Positions 22,581 through 33,970 of a stretch of DNA of 64,000 nucleotides are shown here, in pieces. The stretch is from Lama guanicoe (lineage: Eukaryota), in the NCBI GenBank assembly GCA_013239625.1, contig MU054212.1:10030898-10094897 (forward strand), read 5' to 3'. The notes under the pieces are model-generated. The model was not told where the DNA came from. It did not search any database and saw only the letters and a list, made by a program, of their open reading frames with translations. The position numbers and the translations under genes were made by a program. Position 1 is the first letter of the stretch. Each line of letters begins with the position of its first letter.

Positions 22581-24074
22581 GCAATATTTATTTAAAAGGA
22601 AGGGAACGACCTGGGATTGAAAGAGTCTGTTAGGACCATGTGAAGGTGCCGTGTGAAGTGGACTTTGTGCAAAGGGTAAAACTTGGAGCATGTGGAGACT
22701 GGAGACCGGGCACGGTGGGGAGAGCAGACAGCTCAGGGCACTGTGTGGAGGTGAGGATATGCCTGGCTGCTGTGGGGAGCAGTAGATAGCCCAGTTTTCT
22801 GGAACCACAGGGTGAATGACAAGGAGAAGATGTGATAATTTGGAGAGTCAGGTAAGAGATATACAAGGTTTTACATGCATAAAGTCATCTTCTTCATGGT
22901 ACAAGCGATGGAATGATGCTAGGAATACGAGCCTGGCATTGGTGTGGACAGGACTGGGTGACACCAGGCATGGCCCAGGGTCGAGGATGGGACCCAGGGT
23001 GGTACCAAGGCCAGAGGCGCTCTGTCTGTCAGGCCTGCACTGGTTAACCGATTGAGGCAAATTCACTTTGTTCAAAGTCAGTCTTGGAGCGAGAAAGCCA
23101 CATGAATCCAAATATCCGGACGGCAATCCCCAGCGGCGCCGAAGGTAATGAAACGTCGGGATCTGCGGCTCCTATCTGTTATTGCTGATACTCAGATAAT
23201 GACGCCAGCGCCCAGCCTGGGAGGGAGGAGGGGCAGCTCGTCCGGCTCATCTCCTGGAGGGTCGAGAGGAGGGCAGCAGAGACAGAGGAGGAAGAAGGTG
23301 ACCCCAGAACACAAGGTATAAAGCGAAGGCCAAGGAAGCCGCTCCTGCCACGGGCCTCCACCCGAGAACGCTGGGACTCTCCCCGCCCCTCCAGGCAGCT
23401 GCGGCACTCGGACTCATAAGAGTCACACCCCGCAGCTGAATCGTGGTTTATAAGTTTCAGTGTTTTTACATCTAGTGTCACATTTAGTGCTGGGATTCAT
23501 GCAGGGACCTTGTCCAAGCCCCGTTTTGACATCTCTTGATCATCTAGTTCATCTTAGGTGAAAGTGGGGTGGGTGGAGGATGGAGATGCTCCCGGCGGTG
23601 TCTGGGGGATGTGAGGTCAGAGCTAAAGGGTGAGGGGTGGAGTGGCACGCCAGCCCCATCCACCCTTAAGGCCGACATTGACGGAAGGTCATGACAGGCT
23701 GTCCTCTGAGCCCAGATGAAGCCTCAGGGTCCCTCTCAAAACTCTTTCTGGGCAGCCACGGCGAATTGATCAGAGCTGGCACTCAGGATGGAATCTATTT
23801 ACTCTCCCTGCATTAAGGCATTGTCCAAAGCCTTTCCTTGTTAAAATGTCAATACTTGGGGAATGTTAACATATTAAGCCATTATCGGCCCTTGGCACCT
23901 GCATGTGAATTCATTTGTCAGGCTGCTGTGTGCCAGCCCTCAGAGGGACTAACCTTGGGTAGAAGAGCTTGTTTATTAAGGGATGCGAGGTCTGATGGAA
24001 CAGGCAGTGACCAGAGGTGGCTCCTCCAGCAGATACCAGATTGCTTAGCATCTCTTGAGAAGATGTGTTATCTG

Positions 24075-24250
24075 TACTCAGGAGATCATGGTATGGGACC
24101 GTGGGCAAATCCCCTAGACCTTTTAGGTTCCATTTCCTCACCTGAAAGCTGAGAATAATGACATCTTCACCGCCCACTACAGAATAACTGCCAGGGTGAA
24201 AGTCTTCGGAATGTGTTTTGGATTTTATCAAGTATTGTACAAATGCAAGG
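24075..24250 (+). mobile_element. MIR SINE fragment
   Basis: GGGACCGTGGGCAAATCCCCTAGACCTTTTAGGTTCCATTTCCTCACCTGAAAGCTGAGAATAATGACATCT. Confidence 0.5.
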
Positions 24251-24334
24251 TCCGATCATTTAGCTACATTAGAAAGAGACAAGCTCTCATTCCTCAAGTC
24301 GAATGCACATGAAGGGTGAGGAAAAGAGGGAGAA

Positions 24335-24510
24335 AGGAATGAATATTTATTAGGGGCCCAGTTGCCATTCATCTTACATAGATTAGCCCATTTAGTTTCC
24401 ACAGCCACCCCGTGAGGCTGATCCTGTTGAGGCCATAGTCCTGCAGATCACACTGCCAGGACTTCTCAGGGACAAGATGTGAACCCAGATGTACCTGGTG
24501 CTGTTCCTGC
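24335..24510 (-). mobile_element. MIR SINE fragment
   Basis: AATATTTATTAGGGGCCCA...TTACATAGATTAGCCCATTTAGTTTCCACAGCCACCCCGTGAGG...GATGTGAACCCAGATGTACCTGG. Confidence 0.55.
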
Positions 24511-26159
24511 GTCACCATCCAGGATGTCACCTGTGTACTCACACGCTTCCCTTTCCTGAACGCTTCTTGCAGAATGAATTAGGGCCCTGGGTTGGTCAGA
24601 ATGAAACCGACAAGGAACAGGCACTTGCTCTGTGACCAGACCCTCTGCAGATGGTTGATGCTGGCTGGGAATTTGAAGCCCCACAGGAAATGACTTGGAA
24701 GGCCCAATGGGACAGGCAGACATCTGTTTCTCAGGCCCTGGGCAGGGTGAGGGGCAGCCAGCTACAGCAGAAGCATCAACAAGACTTTTGCACTGAGGTC
24801 GGGCTGGGCCAGCATGAAGCTAGTGCATAATCCCCACGGGGGCAAAGGCCAAGTCATAGAGACACAGAGCTGGATTTCTGTTGGAAGCGGCATGGGTAGC
24901 TGTCAGGAGTGTGATCTGGATCCTGAGACCAGGTCAAATTATCCAGGTTCTCTGGACGTGTTTTCACCATCTTATCATCTGTTCAAGTTATCTGCTATCG
25001 CTGTATCAAAGTGTGGTACACAGGATGAGTAAATGTGACCCGAATAATGTATGTGCCCTGAAACTCTAAGCAGTGCAGTAGTAGCACGTACATGCCAATC
25101 ATCCAAAGTGCTTTTAGTTTGGCTTTCATGTGTTTGAGGAGCTGCATGGAGTTTGGCGCACCATGAGAAAGCAAACACGCACACTTGCTGCTCACTTTAG
25201 GAGTGGTGTGCGGGGTTGGATGGTTTGGGGATCATCCCTTCAATGTGCCCGAGGGAGACAGAGGCACAAGAGGTAATTTCAAGGTAACACCTCATTTTTA
25301 TCATGAGCTCTTGTACCTAATATTTCAAATTGAGTATCTTTGATATACTAGACCAGATAACATGGAACATATGTTTTTTCCCATATGCTGGTCAAGCACA
25401 GTTTGCACCGAAGGCCTAAGGTAGGATTAGGGGAAGATGGGATGTTACAGCCTGTGCATGGAGCTGGCCCGTGTCCACCGCCCTGTGGTTTTGCTTCCCG
25501 TGGGAGGAGCAAGCCCAGAGTCCATAGCTTCTCTAAGAGGAGAGGCCCTGGTCCGAAGGGCACTTCTCAGCACGGAAGGAGGAGTCCGCAGAGACAGCAT
25601 CTCTCCTGGCTCCTTTGCCAATGCGCCAGTCTGTAGAGTTGTGCTGCAGGGAAGCCATGGGAAGAACGCTTGAAGGATGTCGGATGAAAGGAGGAAAAGG
25701 AGTCATACAAACCAGGAAAAGAGAGAGGAGTGGGTTAGTCGATCAGAGCCCAGCCTCCAGACCGGAGAGGCATCATGGACACAGGATGGAAACCACAGCC
25801 ACAGTGTCCCCAGCTCTTCAGGTGAGTTCCCAGATGACGTTCACAGCTCACCCGAAGCTGTGGCCCGGGCAGACCACAGGGCTCAGAGGATCAGAGGATC
25901 AGAGGACATGCTGGCTCTTTTAAGGACAAGATCACTAATCCTGAGGAAGAAGGATTCAGTTTGTTCTGTGACGTCCAGAGGGAGAGAAGCAAGACCCAGC
26001 TTCTGGATGGGCGTGGTGGAGAGATGCGTTTTGGTTCATTATGCGATAGCTCTTCTGACAAAGCAGAGGGTTCCAAAGGTGGAACACTTTGCCTTAGGCT
26101 CCGTGTCCCTGAACCTAGTGCAGGGACACTATGGCTAAGTTTCCTGAGGTGTTGAAACG

Positions 26160-26343
26160 ACTGGTTCCCACATCTGACTGCCTAGTAGGCTTACCTGGGG
26201 AATTGTTTTTGAAAAATACAGATTTTTGGCCTCCACCTCTAGAGATTATGCTTCAATAAGAAAAACAATTGAGAACTGGGCACTTTTATTTTGATCAAGA
26301 TTCACAAGTGACTCTTATTCATGGGACAATATCTGGAATAACT
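26160..26343. mobile_element. MER5-like hAT-Charlie MITE
   Basis: TTACCTGGGGAATTGTTTTTGAAAAATACAGATTTTTGGCCTCCACCTCTAGAGATTATGCTTCAATA...ATTTTGATCAAGATTCACAAGTGACTCTTAT. Confidence 0.55.
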
Positions 26344-28299
26344 TTTTATGAATATTAAACCACTGGGGAGTTGGACATGATGTTCTCCAAACCCATTCTC
26401 TAACTGAACCCTCAGCCAGTTAAAATCACAGCCCTACACCTGCACCGGATCCTCTGCAGCTGCCTCACCCCGAGCACGTCCAGTTTCTCTGTGGCTCCCT
26501 GGTTGTATTCAGTCGGCCTGTCTTAGTTACTCTCATGGCCTCCTTTTAAACTTGACCCCGCAACCCTAACTCCTCCCCAGGGCTCCGTCCCGCTCGCCAC
26601 CTTCAAGAGGAAGAGCTCAATCATGTGTCACTGCAATTCGCAGGCCAGGTGAATTGCATGAGACTGTTCAAGATTTTACGTAAAAAATGCTAATAGTTCA
26701 TCCAGGAAGTGCCCGTTTAGAAAGAAAGCAATAACCTCGTTATTTTTATTAGTATTAGTAATAATGATTATTTCTCAATAATAATAGGAGATATTTTTGT
26801 TCTAATTCAAGAACACAACCACCCGAGGTCTATACCAGCTTTTGATCAATTGATCAATCACCTCTTCTATCATCCGTTTTATTGTGCGTATATTTGAGTG
26901 GAGAAAGTAAACTGAACGCTTTTGCTATCTTATGCATTTGGATACAAAATTAATAGCAGGAAGAGGAAACGGTCACCTTATCATTCAATCACACTGGACA
27001 TCTCTGTCTTCTCTGGGACAACAGGAGTGACTCATCGGAATGTGACTCTGGCACGTGGATAGGGTGACACACGGGGGTTGGACAATGCCTCCTGCCCGTG
27101 GAGGGATTTCCGTGCTCTGAGCAGACTAGGCCTTTCCAGACGTCGTGGCCTGCTTGGGGTTACCTGGCCACACCTCCTGGGTCAGACATGTAGATGTAAC
27201 TTGTGGTTGGGAGGTGTTGCCTTACAAAAGCCGATTACAGAGAAGAAAAACCGGGCCCTGGGAGGGTATGTCAGAATGAGCATTCTGGTAGTGCGAGGCC
27301 GTACTTGGACCCATCCTGACCCAGCCCTCCTGGAGGACTGAGGCTTACTGGGAAGGAGACAGCACTGGGATGCCACGGGGAGTCGGATCAGAAAGAGCTG
27401 ATCAGGAGAAAGAGAAATTCAAAGTCAGGCTGCGAGAGCTCAGCCCCTCCTCACTGGCAGCAGCAGCAGTAGTGACAGGTGATGTTTCAGGCAAGTGCCA
27501 AGCCAGCCACACACTAGGGGAGCCCCACCTGGACAGGCGGGCGGCCACGTCAAGGTGCAGAATGATGGGCAGGGGATGGGATGACCTGCTCATGCTCAGT
27601 GTGAGAAAATCCCTTCCTCAGTACCATTTAGACCACAGGGAGAGCAGAGCCGAGGTCCCCTCTTGGAAGGGGGACACTGATTCTGTGACATTATGGGCAA
27701 ATTGCAGGACAGTGACCCACCTGAGTATTTGTGAAGTGACAGGCCCCAGGGGATATTCAGGGTGCATGGGATTTACTCAGATCACTGAGCCTGGTGATGG
27801 GAAAGCCATGACAGCAGTGAGAGAGTTGACTTGGGACATGAAATGGATTTAGAAGGAAAAACAGTGCGGTTACACCAGTGAAAGCCCAATGTCCACCCTT
27901 CCTCTGTTCCTTATTGAGAACCCTGTAGAGTCACAGCCAAATCAGCTGTCAGTATCGACGTGGGCACCTTTAAGTGAAATAGCAAGTATCAAAAGCTACG
28001 GATCCAGGTATTGTAAGTTAATTACATTAAGCCACGTGTTTTCGAGTTCCGGTGTTGATCTGTTCCCACACCCTCTCTCGTTTCTGGATCTACCACCTCC
28101 TAAAGGTTGGCATTCCTGTTCCTGCACTTAAAATCACTTTCTGACTTGCATTACAAACGATATATATTGAGGAAGTGCCCAAGACCCACAGTTGATAGTG
28201 GTGCCTTGAGGGCAGGTGGGGTGTTCGATTCACTTTTTTCACTGCCCTTGCTCAGGCTCTGTAGGGGTTAAATACATAATCTCTAAATCAGTCACACTC

Positions 28300-28480
28300 C
28301 ACTGGAATTTGGGCTCCACTACTGTTCTAGGGGATTGGTGTCTTCCAGTCTTGTTATGTGACCTGGAACAAGTGAGTTAATCCTCTGTTTCTCAGTTTTC
28401 TTATCTGTAAAGGGGGACAATGATATTTAGCTGACCTTGTTGTGAGGATTCAATTAGGTAGATGTCAAAATACTCATCCA
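28300..28480 (+). mobile_element. MIR SINE
   Basis: TATGTGACCTGGAACAAGTGAGTTAATCCTCTGTTTCTCAGTTTTCTTATCTGTAAAGGGGGACAATGATA...GTTGTGAGGATTCAATTAG. Confidence 0.7.
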
Positions 28481-28592
28481 AGAGCCAGATCCTTTGTAAT
28501 CACTCAGCAGGAATTATATGGAGCAGTAGTGCGTTGTTAGTACTGCTTTTTCACTTGCCTGGATCGGGCATTGGATCTCCTAAAGGTCAAGG

Positions 28593-29186
28593 TTTTACCA
28601 GAGAGCAGGTTCTTCTCTGGCCACAGAAAGAGTTCAGAAACAAGACACAGAGGTCAAGAAGGCAAAGTGAGGATTTATTAAGTGGTAGTCTGCCCTCAAG
28701 GTGAGAGCGGGCAGACTCAGGTGAGTAGCTGTGCTGAGTTTCTCTGGCACGCTGGCTATATGGAGTGTAAAAATGAATGGGTAGAGTATTTACTGGGGAG
28801 AGAGGGGCTTGGGGTCCTACTCCCAGATTTTCATCCGAGTTCCACCTTCCCGAAGGGAGGAGGGATTTTTTCAGTCTGGATCAGAAAGTTCTTGGCGTTG
28901 GTGCATGATGGGTACTTCTCATCTGCAAGACTAATTTTATTGTAATGAGGGCATAATGAGCCAAAGGTGACATTCAGACACTGGGGATTCCTGCTTTATC
29001 CCACTTTTCTTTATCTTCCTTCAGGACACTTGTCAACCCAAAATGTGTGGTTTCTTACCAGTCCTGAGGTTCCTGCTTTTCTTTGTCTGCCCAAGGGCCC
29101 CCACTGTTCACATAATGTGGGGTTTCTTGCCATTTGGCCCACGTCCCCTTTCTCTGCTCGTATCTAGCTATCTTCCTGCTCTGACA
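28593..29186 (-). mobile_element. Solo ERV1-class LTR with 4-bp TSD
   Basis: Minus strand TGTCAGAGCAGG...TGGTAAAA (terminal CA mutated); AATAAA on the minus strand at 28674-28679; TSD AAGG at 28589-28592 and 29187-29190. Confidence 0.85.
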
Positions 29187-29819
29187 AAGGCCATGCCTCT
29201 TTTTTCTTGTGGATCTCATAGCAGCCAACACATAGTAGGTCTACTAACTCCTTGTCGAATACCTCTCTTGGTTCTTCTCATGCATGCTACCTGACCACCT
29301 GCTCTGCTGTTTGAATAGAGGTCCCTCCATCCCCTCCACGATTTGTGCGAGTGAAGCGTAGCAGCGAATCCGGTCATGGCGTCATTACACACGGTTCATG
29401 CAGCGTCTGAAGTGAGCGAGTGAGGAAGGAGAATTTGATCGCTCCAGGGCATCAGGGCCTTTCAACCAGTAATAACTTACCGTCTCTACTAAGGACCTCT
29501 GGATGCTCTCTGTAGAGGGGGCCCGCTGTTTTATATACAAGTGGCGTCATCTGTTCCTGTGAGATCATGTAGCCAGAGAGTCAAATGTCTGCCACTCTGA
29601 GTGGAGAAAGGGCACGGGTTTCCTTTCCCAGTAAGGTCACCATTTGACTTTTTCCTTTGCTAGAGCTGTGAGACATGGCACTCAGGAGGCAGCAGGACTC
29701 CATGAAGTCATAAAGGAGGGGGACGTATTGGAGCAGAAAACTGTTGGCTGCAGGTGCAGAGAATGGAGACTGATGCTAAGTTTCAGAGATTTGGAAAGTC
29801 AGAGCAAGGTTGTACATGA

Positions 29820-29995
29820 GTGTGTGTGTGTGCGTGCATAAGTAAGTGGGTGTGTGTGTGTGCCTGTGTAATTGCCCTGCATGTGTGTGTTCTGATCCTT
29901 GGTCACCTGGTCCTCTGCTCCTTTCTCTTGTGTCTCTCCTGGGTTGTTATTTATTATCTACCTACCTACCTACCTGTCTATCTATCATCTATTTT
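29820..29995. repeat. (TG)n followed by (TACC)n/(TATC)n microsatellites
   Basis: Interrupted TG runs 29820-29890; CTACCTACCTACCTACCTGTCTATCTATCATCTAT near 29957-29992. Confidence 0.85.
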
Positions 29996-31034
29996 TATTA
30001 ACTAGCCATACCGTATTGAAAACATGCCATGGAGGGCACCCAGTGAAGTGTATCTGTGTAACCATCCTCTAAGGTTGCTTTGATAACCCCAGGTTACCTT
30101 GAAGAACCAAGACTCAGAGAGTAGAGTAATTTGCCCAAGGTCAGCAACTTTGTGAGTGGCCCAGCAGGGCATCGAATTCAAGCAGACACAGCTCTACAGT
30201 CTACTTGAAAGATTCTGCCTTTGGGCCAATGTGTCTTATCCGCAACGCTCTCCTGTTTTTCAACATTCTTTTTAAAGCATCACTTCTAGAACCCCAGCCA
30301 TGGTCCTCCTGCAGTGGTCGGGCACGTCAGTGTCCAGTGCTGCAGTCTGGTCACCTTCCTTCCTCTAATGCCGCCCAAGCCAGCATTTTTAGCACCTACT
30401 TCAGGGCGATGGGCTTCTATTTCCCTGCCCTTGACCAGAGATCATTGTTTTTCAGTCCTCAGTTCCAGAACCCTTGGGGATTTCCACAGCTAGATTACAA
30501 AGCATGATGGTCAGGAAGAGGTCAAGAAAGGTGGCTGGAGAGTAGCACTGACTGGCTGTTCAGAGAGAGGGGATGGATGGACAGGTTCATGGGACATTAG
30601 GCCTTCTGGGTCCTTTAGTGTCATTTTGCTGCCAATGACTGACTTAGAGGTCCTAGGAGGATCCTTTGAGCACAGAGAACCATCCAGACTATATGCCCAC
30701 CAGCCCTTCCAAAACCGCATATAGAGAGAAACCCTTCCAGGGCTGGGGGCAGTGTGGAGGGGCCCAGAGTGTAATGGGGATTTCATATGCAGGCTTCCAC
30801 CCTCCCAGTCTGGTTTGAACGTCGGACAAATTCTCCCTGCCCACAGGGTCTCTCTCAATAAGCTGCCTTAGAATGTGAAAATTCCCACTCGAAGATAAGA
30901 TAGTATCTGGGCGGGCTAATGTAGCAAGCAATGGCTGGCCATTGGCAGCATCTTCAGAAGAATTAGTTTATTGGACTAGCCTTTGAAGGAAGCAGTGACC
31001 TGAGAGGCTGAAACTGAAGACCAAGTCTCCAGAG

Positions 31035-31356
31035 CTAAGCTGTCCGAGATGGTAGCCGTGAACCATCTGGGGTTATCGAGCGCTTAAATTGTGTCTAGTC
31101 TGAGTTGACAGGTAAGTAAGAAAATACACCCTGAATTCTGAAAATGTAGTGTGACAAAATGGACATAACATATTTCATTAATATAGTGATTGCATCTTGA
31201 AAAAACAAATGTTGGGTATATTGGGTTAAGTCAAACACATTAAGATTGGCTTCACGTGTTTCTGATTATTCTTTAAAATGTGGCTACTGGAAAATTTTAA
31301 ATTACATGTGTGGCTTGCTTTTGTAGCTTCTGTTATACTTCTGTTGGAGAGTGCTG
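31035..31356 (-). mobile_element. MER33-like hAT-Charlie element
   Basis: GCTGTCCGAGATGGTAGCC...AATGTGGCTACTGGAAAATTTTAAATTACATGTGTGGCTTG...CTGTTGGAGAGTGCTG; degenerate 8-bp flanks CTCCAGAG/CCCTAAAG resemble the NTCTAGAN Charlie target. Confidence 0.8.
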
Positions 31357-31949
31357 CCCTAAAGTATGGTCCAGGGGGGTCTTTAGACTGTGGGGGGACT
31401 TGAGAGTCTTGGGGTGCTGTGCGCAGGGTTGCTGGTGGGTGCTAGACATACACCTTGCCTACGTTCCACCCGCCCTTTGGCAGAACCCGCCTGCATTGTC
31501 TTATGAGAGGGGTCTCTTCTGGTGAATCAGATGTGTGTCATACATGTAAGTGACCAGGCACTTTCTTCTCCTGATGACTTAACCAGCCATTTGCCTTCTG
31601 AATCTCAAACATCTTTCTGAAGGATCCGTATTTATACCTTGTACTTATCTCTAGCCTTGTTTGCCTCAACCGGTGTATGTATGTATGGATGCACACACAT
31701 GTAAATTTATATCTCACTTGTGTCTAAACATTGAGCACTCTTCATCTCATGAAACCTTTCTCAAATGCATGGATTGTTACTAATCTCTCCTCCTCGGCCT
31801 TCTTGGGTATTTCCTGAACGATAGCTTCGATCACCCGAGAACTGTTGTTCTTTTCTTATGTCACCTATTGGACATCCTGTCTTCCAGGCCATGTTTTATC
31901 CCTCGCTGGGCCAAGCAGAGTAAGTGCTTTAATACGTACTTTTAAAAAC

Positions 31950-32048
31950 TATTTATTTTTCTTTTTCTTTTAATGGAAGTACTGGGGAATGAACCCAGGA
32001 CCTCGTGCAATAATGCTAAGCATGTGCTCTACCACTGACCGTCCCCAC
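31950..32048 (-). mobile_element. Camelid tRNA-derived SINE (Vic-1-like), diverged
   Basis: T-rich tail, then AATGGAAGTACTGGGGAATGAACCCAGGACCTCGTGCA...GCTAAGCATGTGCTCTACCACTGA. Confidence 0.85.
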
Positions 32049-33855
32049 CATAAAGACTCGATGGCTGGCATCATTGCTTTGCTCTGCCCCATCATGTCTT
32101 CCATTACATTGGTGCCCTCTGTGGAGAAGGGTGGCGATGGCAGCCGCTTGAGGCTGGGTCCAGTGCCTGTGGAGTTTAGGGGCTCATTCTTAAGCTTGAC
32201 ATTGTTCACCCCAAATGTGTCCAAATATTACAAGAAGAAGGGCTTGATGGCTTCTGACCTACCATGACTTGTGAGTGTTTGGCTGCCACAAATGTGTCCC
32301 CTGGGGGCCTGACCTGGTGCCTGTAATTCCTCTGCTAGAGACATGTTTCTCCTTCTGACTCAGTGTCTTTGAGTATGTAAAAGCCCTATGAGAAGGAGTG
32401 CTTATTAACCCCACGCCCCAGAAAACAGTGAGGCTGTGGGAAGACGTTAAGTGGGAGAGAGGAGAGCTCTGAGAGAGAGAACATTAAGAAAAGGTGGGGA
32501 AGGGGTAGCTAAAAATGCACTCGACCTTCTTCCCGAATTTCCTGCCCCGGGTCTGGAAAGAGTTCACATCCTTGCTTTCTTTCATCCCCCCTGAGCCCGG
32601 GCTGGAGGAATAAACCTCACGTCAGTAAATCAACAGAGCTGAGAGCTCAGCCAGTCAGTCAATCTTAAGAGCATTCTTGGATTTGCGGATGCCTTGAGAA
32701 GGATGCTTAGAGAAACCGAGGATAGGGTAGTTATTAAAAGAGATTAAACGGTATTAGCTAGTGCCTCAGCAAGTTATAATTAAAAAAAGGGAATGGGAAG
32801 GAAACAGGAGACTAATTTTTCCAGTCGCTGAAATTTCAAGGAGGAATGAGCTGGCCTGTGAACCATTACCGCTTTATATTAATTCTTCTGTGTGGTTAAA
32901 CCTAACCCAAAGACACGTCTTTCTCAGTTGGAAATGTCCTAGTCAGTTTCACCGCATAATGCGGAGAGGAGGCAGCCACGTTAACCTCTGATGGTGCTGT
33001 TCCCTGAAGGGTCTTGACTCCCCCATTCCGAAAAATAAATGAAATGTTTCTAGGGCACACCCTTGACATGCCTGGGGAGGGGAATTATCTTGATGCCCAT
33101 CTGGGGAAGTTGAGTCCGGGAGAAAGAAAAGAACAGATCACCCTACGACCCAGAAGTCAAGCACACTGTGACCTGCTGTCATGAGTTGGTTCCTCTGCTG
33201 GTCATCAGGACGGCACAGGGAAGGCAGGCGGCCACGCACCTGGGGAGGTTGAACAAGGCCTCTCTTGTTCTTCATTCTCAAAAATCTCATCTACTTCAGT
33301 GCGAGGTCTGAGAGTCCCCATTAGAATCTCCACCGGCTAACTTACAACATCTCTGTTAACCTGCAAACTATCTGAGTAGCACTCTATCTATTGATGCCAT
33401 TCATGTACCTTTAAAGAACAATTAGAGGGCTGAGACTGTTTCTGGAGAAAGAGGCTAGATCGCCAGATTACTGAGTAACTGCTGCAGGAGGGAGCTGTTC
33501 CGGACTCGCCACCCTCAAATTTTTGAAGACCTTTAACTTTGATTGCTATTGTGTGCCATTTTATCATTTCAAAGGAGTTGGCAACAATGGATTTGAAGCT
33601 CTTGGTGAGAAAATATTTTTTAATAAACTAGCCACACATCAAGATTTACCTGGTTTTGGGGGCACCTCTGAATTACTGACTGACTTTCTCACCTTGAATC
33701 CCTGTGTTCAGGGTTACGTGCATTTAGTATATTCTCATCTTGGTTTCCTCGTCCATAGCAGATTAGAAGCTACCGGGGCAAAAAGGCAGAATCAGAAAGT
33801 GACAGCTGACAGTCTGACTGGGACGGAGAAAACAAGGGAAATTAAAGAAAAAATC

Positions 33856-33970
33856 GGGGGGAAGGATATAGCTTAGTGGTAGGGTGCATGCCTAGCACGG
33901 ATGAGGTCCTTGGTTCAATTCCCATAAATACAGAAACAAACCTAATTACCTCTGCCCTCCCGAAAAAAAA
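33856..33970 (+). mobile_element. Camelid tRNA-derived SINE (Vic-1-like)
   Basis: GGGGGGAAGGATATAGCTTAGTGGTAG (A box)...GAGGTCCTTGGTTCAATTCCC (B box)...AAACCTAATTACCTC...A tail; flanks AAAAATC/AAGAATC. Confidence 0.9.

Noticed and set aside
25883..25906. TCAGAGGA x3 direct repeat
   Set aside because: Simple slippage tandem with no spacers; not CRISPR-like.
27976..27987. GAAATAGCAAGT, identical to part of the Cas9 sgRNA scaffold
   Set aside because: Only 12 nt match, the flanks differ and there is no repeat-spacer array; chance.
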